IMG/VR virus record: IMGVR_UViG_3300003332_000015 | Span: 18,576-82,575 of that record | DNA length: 64,000 bases | Source of the DNA: a virus | Taxonomy: Duplodnaviria > Heunggongvirae > Uroviricota > Caudoviricetes | Reading direction: 5' to 3' (one strand) | Part shown: positions 18,224 through 27,362 of the stretch, in pieces | Position numbering within the stretch: the first letter of the stretch is position 1 | How the letters are laid out: every line of letters starts with the position of its first letter | Position numbers and translations under genes: made by a program | Notes under the pieces: model-generated | What the model was told of the DNA's origin: nothing | The model's database searches: none | The model's input: the letters and a program-made list of their open reading frames with translations, nothing else

Positions 18224-18817
18224 TTATTCTGTTGACGCTACTTCTGCAGGTTCACTTGTTGCAGGTTCAGTTTCAAGCGGAAAGACTTGAATTTTATCAC
18301 CAGGTTCTAAAATAAAATCTGTATCTGGTAATCTTACTTCCTGTTCAACATCAATGATGATTGCATCAGCATCAAAAGCTGCTTGAGCTGATTCTAAACC
18401 AGGATCTTTTATTTCGTCCTCTTCTTCTTTCACTTTGTCCTTGTCTTCTAACATTTTGTCTTTCTCCTCGATTGACTCATCTTTACTTAATTTTTTAGAA
18501 ATAGTTGTCATTGCTTTATCCAACTCTTTCATAAATTCATTAGCTATTTTATCATCTGATGTAGCAAGACCTTTTAATAGTTGAAGTCCTTTCATCTGGG
18601 ATTCATTATCACCACCAAAATTACCTTGCATATCTTTTACTATTTTTTTAGTATCTACTTTTTCTTTTATTTTTTCCATCTTTTCTCTCCATTGTGTATA
18701 ACAGACAGCAACTCTTTGTTCCTGTGAATCAAACTCTTTATTTTTAGTTAATGTACTTATACATCGACTTATAAAATCTTTTTCTTTTTCAGCTTTATTA
18801 GGTTTTGGTAAAGGCAT
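18224..18817 (-). CDS. Putative head/scaffold-associated protein with C-terminal ILEPGDKI module
   Basis: N-terminal MPLPKPNKAEKEKDFISRC...QRVAVCYTQW motif that I recall from phage head proteins; IIIDVEQEVRLPDTDFILEPGDKIQV at 18278-18361. Confidence 0.55.
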   Translation of the reverse strand: MPLPKPNKAEKEKDFISRCISTLTKNKEFDSQEQRVAVCYTQWREKMEKIKEKVDTKKIVKDMQGNFGGDNESQMKGLQLLKGLATSDDKIANEFMKELDKAMTTISKKLSKDESIEEKDKMLEDKDKVKEEEDEIKDPGLESAQAAFDADAIIIDVEQEVRLPDTDFILEPGDKIQVFPLETEPATSEPAEVASTE

Positions 18818-18821
18818 AATT

Positions 18822-19004
18822 TTATCCTATTAAATTTCTTTGCATCGTATTTATAAATTGACTCATAAATTCTTTATCATTAGGTAATACATCTAAAACT
18901 GCTTGTGCAAATTGTGATCCACCGTTAGGATTCCTCATAAGAAGTTTTACCATATTTTGCATAATAATATCATCTTCTTTTAGACTTTTCTTTATTACTT
19001 TCAT
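18822..19004 (-). CDS. Small hypothetical late protein
   Basis: Coupled ORF; begins MKVIKKSLKE (basic leader plus L-x-E). Confidence 0.5.
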   Translation of the reverse strand: MKVIKKSLKEDDIIMQNMVKLLMRNPNGGSQFAQAVLDVLPNDKEFMSQFINTMQRNLIG

Positions 19005-20806
19005 TACATAAATTTCCTTAATATACCTATTAAAATTTTAATTATTGGTTTTGGTATTGGTAATGAGTCTGATCTATTTTCCATTTGATCTAACATATAA
19101 GTATAATAAGCTTTATTAGCTATAAAATACTTTGTCATTAAACCAGCTGGAGTATCTACTACAATACCACCATCTTTTTCCACTGAGTGTACTACATCAC
19201 CAAATATATTTTTTATTCTTGGTATCAGAGTTTTAACAAATAATTTAGGAGGTTGTTTAAATTCTCCTCCACTTCTTTTCTCTAACATAATAGCTAGATT
19301 CTGTGTCATTACTCCCCATATAGGATCTCGACCTACTTCTACTTGCATTTGTGTAAATGCACCGATAATAGATTTAGGAGAACCAAAAGTTGCTACTAAT
19401 TTATACATACCACTATTTTGTTTTCTAGCAGCTATTCCACCTGTTTTATCTCCAAAGAAAGTCCATGCTACTGCACGACTTTCAAACTTACCTTGATCCC
19501 AAGAAGCACCTACTGCTTTTTGGTATGAGTCTCTGAAATTAGAATATAGAGCATCTTGCTCTTGTTTTGATAAATCATAGTATTTAAAACTTTCATTAAG
19601 TACATGAGAATATTTAATATTATAAAGTCCATCAATAATACTATCTATATAAACAGATTCATTAAGAGGAGGTTCTGTTGAAATTATAAATCTTTTAGCT
19701 GTTTTAATTTCACCTGTTTTCCATCTAGGAATAGATGTTCCCATTGTACCAATATCTTCTTTCCATTCACCACCTGACCAAATACCGTCATGCCATATTC
19801 CACCAGAAAAAATACCACCTAGAAAATTACCGTAACTCCAATCTCCACCACTAAAATTTCCTTTGTGCCATTTACCTTTTTTCCATATACCATTTAACCA
19901 AACATCACCGTACCATTGACCTGATACCCAAGTACCCTTATTCCAAATAAATTCTTTATCTTCTGATATAATAATTTCAGCTTCTTCTACTTTAGCTTTC
20001 ACAAACCAAGGAAAATCTTTTTGAAAATCTTTAAGACTATACCCTTCAGGGGTATCAATAGACTTTACAGTACCTTTAAAATAGTCTAATAAAATTTCAG
20101 CTTCATCTGCTCTTGACTGTACTTTACCCATGTCCTTTGCAGGTATCCATCCACCATTAGGTAGTTTTTTACCTGTAGAAATTACACCGTCACTTCCTAC
20201 TTCATAGTCAATAATTTTACCGTCATAATCAGTTTTAGCATATTCAAAAGGAATAGCAGTATCATAAGCATATGAAACTACAACATTACCATCATGATTA
20301 CCGGTAAATATAATTCCTCTTACCCCTCGAATACTACATATACCATTTTTTACATAAGAATCAACAAAATTATTATAAGCAACGTCTGCTGAGTAAGATG
20401 GTTCATCTAATGTTTTCTCTAACATCTTTGACCAATTAAATATATTTCTAGGTAAATCAATAGTATCATGATAAATCCTATAATGATCAATTAACTGGTC
20501 ATTCAATGTATATTTATCACCAAAAACAGATTTCGAAATATTATAATCAAAAATAAGTAAATTTTTAGGGTTAATACGACACTTTAATAATGTATCACCA
20601 TAGTGTGTCATATTACTTTTTAGTTGTGAAGAAAGATCATATGTTAAATAAAATCCTTTTCCATACATTGATCCATACCCAGGTTTAAATCCAGTATCAA
20701 TAATTCCTAGAGCATCTCCCATACTTGTTCTATGATAAGCAAGTAAATAATTACTATGATATGTTATGGATTCTTTTAATACTGTTCCAAAATCTATTTT
20801 TCTCAT
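19004..20806 (-). CDS. Multidomain protein: HYE-clade ADP-ribosyltransferase-like domain, Trp/Gly pentapeptide repeats, unknown C-terminal domain
   Basis: AYHRT...GFKPGYGSMYGKGFYLT PARP/toxin-like motif; WxxGxW repeats (~19760-19960); LKES and two LNES linkers; own late promoter. Confidence 0.55.
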   Translation of the reverse strand: MRKIDFGTVLKESITYHSNYLLAYHRTSMGDALGIIDTGFKPGYGSMYGKGFYLTYDLSSQLKSNMTHYGDTLLKCRINPKNLLIFDYNISKSVFGDKYTLNDQLIDHYRIYHDTIDLPRNIFNWSKMLEKTLDEPSYSADVAYNNFVDSYVKNGICSIRGVRGIIFTGNHDGNVVVSYAYDTAIPFEYAKTDYDGKIIDYEVGSDGVISTGKKLPNGGWIPAKDMGKVQSRADEAEILLDYFKGTVKSIDTPEGYSLKDFQKDFPWFVKAKVEEAEIIISEDKEFIWNKGTWVSGQWYGDVWLNGIWKKGKWHKGNFSGGDWSYGNFLGGIFSGGIWHDGIWSGGEWKEDIGTMGTSIPRWKTGEIKTAKRFIISTEPPLNESVYIDSIIDGLYNIKYSHVLNESFKYYDLSKQEQDALYSNFRDSYQKAVGASWDQGKFESRAVAWTFFGDKTGGIAARKQNSGMYKLVATFGSPKSIIGAFTQMQVEVGRDPIWGVMTQNLAIMLEKRSGGEFKQPPKLFVKTLIPRIKNIFGDVVHSVEKDGGIVVDTPAGLMTKYFIANKAYYTYMLDQMENRSDSLPIPKPIIKILIGILRKFM

Positions 20807-20834
20807 TATTAATTAAACCTTTAAAATTCTTGTT

Positions 20835-20847
20835 ATTATATTAGTAA
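20835..20847 (-). promoter_or_regulatory. Putative late promoter
   Basis: Exact motif upstream of the ART-like gene. Confidence 0.7.
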
Positions 20848-20854
20848 TCAAACT

Positions 20855-21655
20855 TTACTTTTTCTTCTTTTGTTTTTGCCATTGTTTAAGAGCTGCTTGT
20901 CTTAATTTTTCTCTAGTTTCTTTAGATACAATTTTACCTTTATTTGATTTTGATATTTTAAAACGTGTTTCCTTTGTTATAACTCTTCCTTTACTTATTT
21001 CACTTATTCTTTTCTTTTTCTTATCAGCTACATCTTTACCATATCTTTCTTCATATGAAATACCTTTTTGTGATTTACTTATTTTCTTTTTTGATTTATC
21101 AGAATGATGTTTACCTGTCATACCAGGACTAGGATTATCTTTTTTAGAATCACTTATTTTCTTTTTAGTTTCTTCTTATCGAGGTCTCCCTTTTAAAGAA
21201 CTACTAACTTTTTCTTTCCACTTTTTAGCACCTTCTTTGCCCATTGTCTCGATATGTGTTTTACCTTTTTGTATTTTACTAAGATGATTTTTAACTTCTT
21301 TAGAACGTATTTTTCCTCTATTTGAATCACCAATTTTTTTCTTATGTTCTTCGCTCATTTCTATACTTTCTTTTAATCTTTGGTATTGTTTAGATGTTAA
21401 AGTATTAATATGTCTACCGTCTTGTGATAGTAACCAAAAAGCATATGTCATTTGTTTTCCATAAGCTTTCCACAAAATTAGGTGAGCGATATAGTGTTCT
21501 CTTGCTGTTAAGATTATAAGATTTAAAGGTTCATTAGAGCCACCCAAGGATCTTGGGAGAATATGATGTTCTTCTGTATAAAAATTTTTTGATCTTTTTC
21601 TAATAGGACGTGATTGGATAAATTTGTCGTAGCGGATTTTATGAATATTCTTTAT
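20855..21655 (-). pseudogene. Decayed HNH-NUMOD3 endonuclease
   Basis: One reading frame IKNIHKIRYDKFIQSR...EEHHILPRSLGGSN...AREHYIAH. ATA (21655) stands in place of ATG after AGGAG, and there is an in-frame TAA at 21176-21178 inside RPR*EETKKKIS. Confidence 0.85.
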
Positions 21656-21698
21656 GTGTGACTCCTGTAATTTTTAATGGTACTCTAATACCTTTTAC

Positions 21699-21711
21699 AT
21701 TATATTAGTAA
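21699..21711 (-). promoter_or_regulatory. Putative late promoter
   Basis: Exact motif between RNA element 3 and the HNH leader. Confidence 0.7.
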
Positions 21712-21721
21712 GAAAAAATAA

Positions 21722-21782
21722 AAAGAGTTAGGAGGAATGGAGTCACCAATTCCTCCGAACAAGTTAGAGCTTGTTTCTCTTT
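21722..21782 (-). ncRNA. Putative structured RNA element, copy 3
   Basis: AAAGAG A AACAAG[CTCTAA]CTTGTT C GGAGGAAT[TGGTGACTCC]ATTCCTCC TAA CTCTTT. The loops are complementary to leader loop TTAGAG (21683-21688) and to the RBS GGAGTCAC (21658-21665). Confidence 0.7.
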
Positions 21783-23265
21783 ACTTAAATTGATATTCTC
21801 TTAACATTTGAAAAGCTCTTGTTTGCCAAGCTGAATCTGGTCGACCTGCTTCATGAGCTGCAAGTCTAAAAATTAGTATATAATTAAAAGATCTATAATC
21901 CATTTCTGATAATGCAGGAAGAGCTGCTGTAGCAAACTCAAAAACATCATCTCTCATACTATCGGTTATTTCAGTAATTTCGGCATACATATTATATAAT
22001 GAATCTTTTATTAAAGCTAATGATTCTTCTTTAGTCCAATTTAATGTATAAGTAACACCTTTTAATCTTTGTTCTATAGCTGAATTTAAAGTTAATAAAT
22101 TTGATATAAAAATAATTTTTGATTCAAAATCGAAATCTTCATCTATAACAATATCAGTTCCATAAACTTTAATTGGATTAATAACACTTATTCTTCTTAC
22201 TGGTTTCATATCAAGTACTTTTTTAAGTAAGTTAACCATTGCCTCATCTTTAAAAACTGAATCATTATCATCAAAAATAACTATTTCATCTTTTCTATTC
22301 TGATAAAGAGCATTTATAAATCCAGTATAACCACCCATTTTTTGATCAACTTTTACAGGTTTAACACCTTCTTCTTTTAAGACTCTTTCTACTGTTTCAG
22401 TTTTTCCAGTACCAGGCTTCCCATGTAATAATAAACCAGGTAATACTTTTGATCCTTGTGCTAATAAACGAACATCAGCTTCAATATTCTCCATTATAAT
22501 TACTGGTCCTGTTTTAAAAGAAGCTTCATAAATAGCTTGAAGAGCAGGATCTTTTAATGTAGCTGTAACAGGTGTACCAACTTGAACAGTAACACCAGGT
22601 ACTGAAGCTGTATTAACTTGTATTTTACCGTTTTTAGAGAGTTCCTTTACATAATAAGTTAACTTACCAGCATTTAATGTTTTTCCTGATCTATATTTAG
22701 TTTGAAAAAATGTTGTAATAGTTATTGCTTTACTGTGATAATCATATCTACCATCTTTAAGGTCTTGTACATCCTGTGGATTATCATCAAACCATGCCAT
22801 AAGCATATCAGTTATCTTTACTGCTTCATGTAGTTTACCACTTCTATTTGTAGATTCTTCGTATCTTAAGTATTCACCAGTAATTATGTCAACTACTTGA
22901 TCAATAGTTTGTACTATATTAAAACCATTAAGATCAATATTTTGATCAGGAGTTAAACTATCTTCTTCACTATATAAATCAATAGACTGTAATACTTCAC
23001 TACCTGTTATCATGAAATTAAATCTAATAGCCCCTGTTCCCATAAACCCAAAATAAGATTGGAATTTACCATAAGCATCTGTAAACATCTCAGGAATAGG
23101 AGAAATACCAATTGGTATACCTACTCTTCTTGAAATTACAGCAGCTGCTTTCTGTGCTACAAATAAAGATTTACCTTTTCTGAAAGAAGCCTCTTGTAGC
23201 ATAAAGTGATCTTCTAATTCTTTTATATCACTTTTTTCAAATACTTCGTTATTAATTAATCGCAT
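21781..23265 (-). CDS. AAA+ ATPase
   Basis: Walker A GKPGTGKT, Walker B IVIFDDND, sensor IIFISN; own late promoter. Confidence 0.85.
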   Translation of the reverse strand: MRLINNEVFEKSDIKELEDHFMLQEASFRKGKSLFVAQKAAAVISRRVGIPIGISPIPEMFTDAYGKFQSYFGFMGTGAIRFNFMITGSEVLQSIDLYSEEDSLTPDQNIDLNGFNIVQTIDQVVDIITGEYLRYEESTNRSGKLHEAVKITDMLMAWFDDNPQDVQDLKDGRYDYHSKAITITTFFQTKYRSGKTLNAGKLTYYVKELSKNGKIQVNTASVPGVTVQVGTPVTATLKDPALQAIYEASFKTGPVIIMENIEADVRLLAQGSKVLPGLLLHGKPGTGKTETVERVLKEEGVKPVKVDQKMGGYTGFINALYQNRKDEIVIFDDNDSVFKDEAMVNLLKKVLDMKPVRRISVINPIKVYGTDIVIDEDFDFESKIIFISNLLTLNSAIEQRLKGVTYTLNWTKEESLALIKDSLYNMYAEITEITDSMRDDVFEFATAALPALSEMDYRSFNYILIFRLAAHEAGRPDSAWQTRAFQMLREYQFK

Positions 23266-23290
23266 ATTATATACCTCATCCTCTAATTAT

Positions 23291-23303
23291 ATTATATTAG
23301 TAA
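23291..23303 (-). promoter_or_regulatory. Putative late promoter
   Basis: Exact motif upstream of the AAA ATPase. Confidence 0.7.
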
Positions 23304-23678
23304 TTAGTTTTTGCTTTTCTTTTTCTTTTTTATAGTTGGCTTAAAATTATCTTTACCTATCTTTTTATCTAGTAGTACATCTAACCTACTATAAAATCTC
23401 CAACATATTCCTATATAAAATATAGAAGCCATTGTAAGTAGTTCTAAAGTATTCCAAATCAAATCATAAGTAATAATTATACTTCTTTGGTATATAAAAC
23501 TTAATACTAATAAACAAAAAGAAGCTAGTATATTTTTTGAGTGATCTGTTTTAACTGCTTCCCATAACTTCCCAACTATAGATACAAAACCTAATGACAT
23601 AAAAGCAATAGTTGCTATTGGAAGCATAAAGTTTAAAAATTTTAAAATTTGATCTTTAAATTCTATTAAAAATTCCAT
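23304..23678 (-). CDS. Small membrane protein (about 3 TM; holin-like candidate)
   Basis: Three hydrophobic segments and a Lys-rich C-terminal tail. Confidence 0.45.
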   Translation of the reverse strand: MEFLIEFKDQILKFLNFMLPIATIAFMSLGFVSIVGKLWEAVKTDHSKNILASFCLLVLSFIYQRSIIITYDLIWNTLELLTMASIFYIGICWRFYSRLDVLLDKKIGKDNFKPTIKKKKKSKN

Positions 23679-24388
23679 TATAATATTGCCCCTTGTATAT
23701 CTTGTTGAAGTTTTAGATATATTTCATCTTTTAAAATAAAAAATGATCCTTTGTTTAAACTAGTATTTAAAGTTCTTGAAATAGTAAATCTTTGTAATTC
23801 TACTAAATTTGAAATACCAAATTCAATTCTATCAATATCTCTTTTAGACGTAATAGCATGGTCTATATTTCTTCTGAAAGATTTTTTTTCATTATCTAAT
23901 TTACGAAAAACACCTATTAGTAATTGACGCATATTCTTTCTATGTAAAATATAAAAATATAATGGTTGACTAAAAGATACAGATGTTTCAACATTATAAT
24001 CTGTAACATCTTCTGTTCTTTTTACATTATATTGAGGGAACTTTTTATTTATCTCAGCTATAGTTTGTAAAAATTCACGCCCATGTCCCTCTAAAGAATT
24101 TAAAACTTGTAAAAAATAAACATGTACCATTTCATGTATTAAAATATCTCTTAATGTTTCAACAGATACATCAAAAAAAGTTGATAATGTTAATTTAGTA
24201 ATATTAATAGTCTCACTAGGTTGTCCTCTTCTATAAGTATAAGAAACTCGTCCCATTGCGTTTTTTAATTTACTCCATTTTAATGGAAAATCTAAATTTA
24301 AATCATTATTAAAAATTTCAGTGTTTAACTCTTTAAACTCTTGATAGATATCAAATTTAGTATTATTTGCTAATTCGATATATTTCAT
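23678..24388 (-). CDS. SprT-like zinc metalloprotease
   Basis: LKWSKLKNAMG...ILIHEMVHVY...GHGREF. Confidence 0.85.
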   Translation of the reverse strand: MKYIELANNTKFDIYQEFKELNTEIFNNDLNLDFPLKWSKLKNAMGRVSYTYRRGQPSETINITKLTLSTFFDVSVETLRDILIHEMVHVYFLQVLNSLEGHGREFLQTIAEINKKFPQYNVKRTEDVTDYNVETSVSFSQPLYFYILHRKNMRQLLIGVFRKLDNEKKSFRRNIDHAITSKRDIDRIEFGISNLVELQRFTISRTLNTSLNKGSFFILKDEIYLKLQQDIQGAIL

Positions 24389-25356
24389 TTAATAAGACCT
24401 TTATCTTTTAATTTTTTAGTTAACATAGAAGCCATTGGATTATTCCAAAATGATATTTGACGTAAAAGTCCATAAAGATGTTTATCAAGAAAAGCATCTC
24501 CATGAATTTTATCCCACTGTTTTGGTTTAATTGTTTGAGGGTATATACTACCATCAATTTGTGTTAAATTCCATGCAAAACCTTGCCAATTAAAACTTGG
24601 ACTTGTACTTGAAACTTGAATATTACTAACTTCTAAAATATCTTTAATATCTTTTCCTGTTATTTTACTTTCACCAAATGTATCAAGCCATTGATGAAAC
24701 TCTAAAATTTTAATTTGTAATTCATATACCTCAGCACCATTATGTGATAATGCCCAATTATCATCTGGGTTAGCTACTTGGTAGTCATGATCAAGATCAT
24801 CAGGATAAGGGGTTACTGTAGTAAGAAAAGAAAATGTTACACTATCATCAGCTTCTGAAATGAAACAATCAATTAGTTTTACTTGAGTATTCTCTGAACC
24901 CATAAGTGCTGTACGATGTTTTCTAAATCCCATAGTAAAATCTGATATAGTTCCTACATCCTTTAAGTCCGCTAAAGTAACAAACTCTAATAAATTACTA
25001 TTAAATTGAATAGTACTCTCAAATTTCTTAGTAAATGTTTTATCATCAATAAACTTATCACCTGCTAAATCAATTGGAATAACTAAAGAGCCTTTAACAT
25101 TTCCATTAAAGTCAATAAGATCTTGTGGTGGTGTCATAACTGTATATCTTTTAGTATTATGTGTTAGTGCTGTTCCACTAAAGACCGTTGATACCATAGG
25201 GGATTTTTTAATCCTATATGTAGTTACCATCATATCTCTGTAAGAATCATAAAAAACTAAATATATTTTATAGCTACTAATTACTGCTCTAGAAATTTTT
25301 ATAGATTTCAAATTTTCTAAACCTAGTTGTTTTTTTAACTGTAGTCCTGTTGTCAC
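24385..25356 (-). CDS. Hypothetical protein, possible Cys-less SWIM-like C-terminus
   Basis: IQVSSTSPSFNWQG...P...DKHL spacing resembles CxC...CxH SWIM proteins of large phages. Confidence 0.35.
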   Translation of the reverse strand: MTTGLQLKKQLGLENLKSIKISRAVISSYKIYLVFYDSYRDMMVTTYRIKKSPMVSTVFSGTALTHNTKRYTVMTPPQDLIDFNGNVKGSLVIPIDLAGDKFIDDKTFTKKFESTIQFNSNLLEFVTLADLKDVGTISDFTMGFRKHRTALMGSENTQVKLIDCFISEADDSVTFSFLTTVTPYPDDLDHDYQVANPDDNWALSHNGAEVYELQIKILEFHQWLDTFGESKITGKDIKDILEVSNIQVSSTSPSFNWQGFAWNLTQIDGSIYPQTIKPKQWDKIHGDAFLDKHLYGLLRQISFWNNPMASMLTKKLKDKGLIK

Positions 25357-25359
25357 TTT

Positions 25360-25863
25360 TTAAGCTCCCTCATACTGAGTAATAAGATCTTGTACTTCTA
25401 CAGGTAAAGGCATATTATAAGGAGAACATTGAAATTCTCTACTTGTTATATGTCTTATTGAAACAGTTGCAATTAATTCAGATACTCTTAATATAAATAA
25501 GTAAGGTGCTGAATGTACGTCATCATAAATTTTATGAATAAGTATATCACCCTTTTCAATATTATCAGTAAATTTAGCATAACCTGATATAGGTAATATT
25601 TCATATAAAAATAAATTTTCAGTAGTAGCAGGTGCTTCAGTAACATTTTGTCTTAATCTAGTATATGGTATTTTTTCTGGTAAGTCTAAAGAAAGTGTTA
25701 TTACATCATCACTAATTAAAGTTATTGTTTCATCATCATACATATCAACATCGGTTTTTAATCTAATTACTTGTCCTTCAAAACCTGATTGTTCAATTTT
25801 ATAATCTCTTAATTTACGTCTTACACTTACTTGAGCTTTTGAAATTTTGTCTTGTATTCCCAC
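25360..25863 (-). CDS. Probable neck/head-closure protein (gp14-like)
   Basis: Late promoter; EILPISGYAKFTDNIEKGDILI beta-barrel head-closure pattern. Confidence 0.4.
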   Translation of the reverse strand: MGIQDKISKAQVSVRRKLRDYKIEQSGFEGQVIRLKTDVDMYDDETITLISDDVITLSLDLPEKIPYTRLRQNVTEAPATTENLFLYEILPISGYAKFTDNIEKGDILIHKIYDDVHSAPYLFILRVSELIATVSIRHITSREFQCSPYNMPLPVEVQDLITQYEGA

Positions 25864-25890
25864 GAGATTTCCTCATTACTATTCTTATTA

Positions 25891-25902
25891 CTATATTAGT
25901 AA
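25891..25902 (-). promoter_or_regulatory. Putative late promoter
   Basis: TTACTAATATAG variant. Confidence 0.65.
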
Positions 25903-25925
25903 CAAGTTAATAAATTTTATGTCAT

Positions 25926-25953
25926 AAAAAAACCCTCCAGTAAAGGAGGGTTT
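25926..25953 (-). terminator. Intrinsic terminator after hsp20
   Basis: AAACCCTCC/GGAGGGTTT 9-bp stem plus T run on the minus strand. Confidence 0.8.
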
Positions 25954-25956
25954 AAT

Positions 25957-26385
25957 TTATTTAATGTTAATCGTTTTCGATTTCATCTCTTCTTTCGCAG
26001 GTACTTCAATTAGTAACATTCCATCTTTTAATGCTACATTAATTTTATCTAATTGATAACGGCTTATCGGTACATAAAATTTTCTTCTTACTGAAGAATG
26101 TTTTATTCCTTGTTGAAGAATAGTGTATCCTTCTTTTAGTCCTTCTTTTAAAGGATCAATATTTAAAAATAAATAATCACCTTCAGATTTAAGACTAATC
26201 TCATCTTTTGAGATTCCTGCTACTGCCAATTTAATAATCATGTCTTTTGATTCGTCATTTAAAACGACATCACATGGAGGAAAATTTCCAGTATAAATTG
26301 GGGTATTTGTTGGAAACCTTACTGAATCCAAATCTTCAAAAATTGCATTAAAAAAATCTAATGCATTGTCTAAGTTAGCTACCAT
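25957..26385 (-). CDS. Small heat-shock protein (Hsp20/alpha-crystallin)
   Basis: FPPCDV...IKLAVAGISKDEI...QQGIKHSSVRRKF...ALKDGMLLIEVP. Confidence 0.9.
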   Translation of the reverse strand: MVANLDNALDFFNAIFEDLDSVRFPTNTPIYTGNFPPCDVVLNDESKDMIIKLAVAGISKDEISLKSEGDYLFLNIDPLKEGLKEGYTILQQGIKHSSVRRKFYVPISRYQLDKINVALKDGMLLIEVPAKEEMKSKTINIK

Positions 26386-26435
26386 TTTGGTACACTCCTT
26401 AATAAAATATATTTAGACCCTCATACGAGGCGTCT

Positions 26436-27323
26436 TTATTTTCTTGTGGTTCCAAACCACCACCCATCTAAAGGTAGTTCCTGTGCATCAATTCTTTTAT
26501 TAACTACACCGTTTGTTATTCCTTTTTTACCTTTATTTTTACTAGGTTTACCTAGCTTACCTAAAGATATTTTATTTCCTATTTCTTGTTTTTCTTTTTC
26601 AGTTCTATTATTCCATATTTTCTGACTACCATTAGAAATATTTAGTCGATTTTGTTTACTACGTACAACACCTTTTGCATTTTGTTTACCTTTCATACCT
26701 TTACTTCTAAGTTTAGACAATCTATCCCTTTCCTGTTTAGACGTGTTAATCCATTGTAATTTTGCAGCTTTACTAATTTTATTTCTTCTTATTTTTTCTA
26801 CAATAGGATTAACAACCTTATTCAACTGTGCAATAGACATTCTATTTTTTTGTTCCTCAGTACGTGGTAAATTCTTTCTATTACGTTGTGCTTTTTGTTG
26901 TACATCTTTTTCTTTAAAAGGAGAGTTAATAGAAGCCCATTTCTTTTTTCGAGTCTTCATTTCCTTTCCAAGTTCTACTCCATATATCTCCTCATAAGTT
27001 TTACTTTTTTTTAAAAAAGACAAATATTTTATACTTTCCTCTCTTAGTTTAGAATATTGTCTAGAAGTTAATCTATAGTTATATCTATTAAACCCTTGCA
27101 TCATATAAAAAGCTTGAGCCATTTTCCCACCATAAACTTTCCAAAGAATCATATGAGCTATAAAATGTTCTCTTGCCGTTAATATAATTATATTTTCTTT
27201 TAAGTCATTTCCACCAAGAGACCTTGGAAGAATATGATGATTTTCTGTATAAGTATCTTTTGGGATTGTTCTTAGTTCCCGTGACTTAATAAATTTATTA
27301 TACTTATCTTTATATATCTCCAT
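26436..27323 (-). CDS. Free-standing HNH-NUMOD3 homing endonuclease (leaderless)
   Basis: ENHHILPRSLGG...LTAREHFIAH; RTEEQKNRMS repeats; ATG directly after TACTAATATAAT. Confidence 0.9.
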   Translation of the reverse strand: MEIYKDKYNKFIKSRELRTIPKDTYTENHHILPRSLGGNDLKENIIILTAREHFIAHMILWKVYGGKMAQAFYMMQGFNRYNYRLTSRQYSKLREESIKYLSFLKKSKTYEEIYGVELGKEMKTRKKKWASINSPFKEKDVQQKAQRNRKNLPRTEEQKNRMSIAQLNKVVNPIVEKIRRNKISKAAKLQWINTSKQERDRLSKLRSKGMKGKQNAKGVVRSKQNRLNISNGSQKIWNNRTEKEKQEIGNKISLGKLGKPSKNKGKKGITNGVVNKRIDAQELPLDGWWFGTTRK

Positions 27324-27335
27324 ATTATATTAGTA
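27324..27335 (-). promoter_or_regulatory. Putative late promoter, leaderless
   Basis: TACTAATATAAT abutting ATG 27323. Confidence 0.7.
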
Positions 27336-27362
27336 TAGATATTTGGAAAAGATAGGACTAAA

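Noticed and set aside
9576-21782. HEARO/omegaRNA-IscB or TIGR-Tas identity for the HNH-associated RNA
   Set aside because: The proteins are small HNH-NUMOD3 enzymes without RuvC, PLMP or Nop domains, and the RNA is ~60 nt and single-unit rather than a long or arrayed guide.
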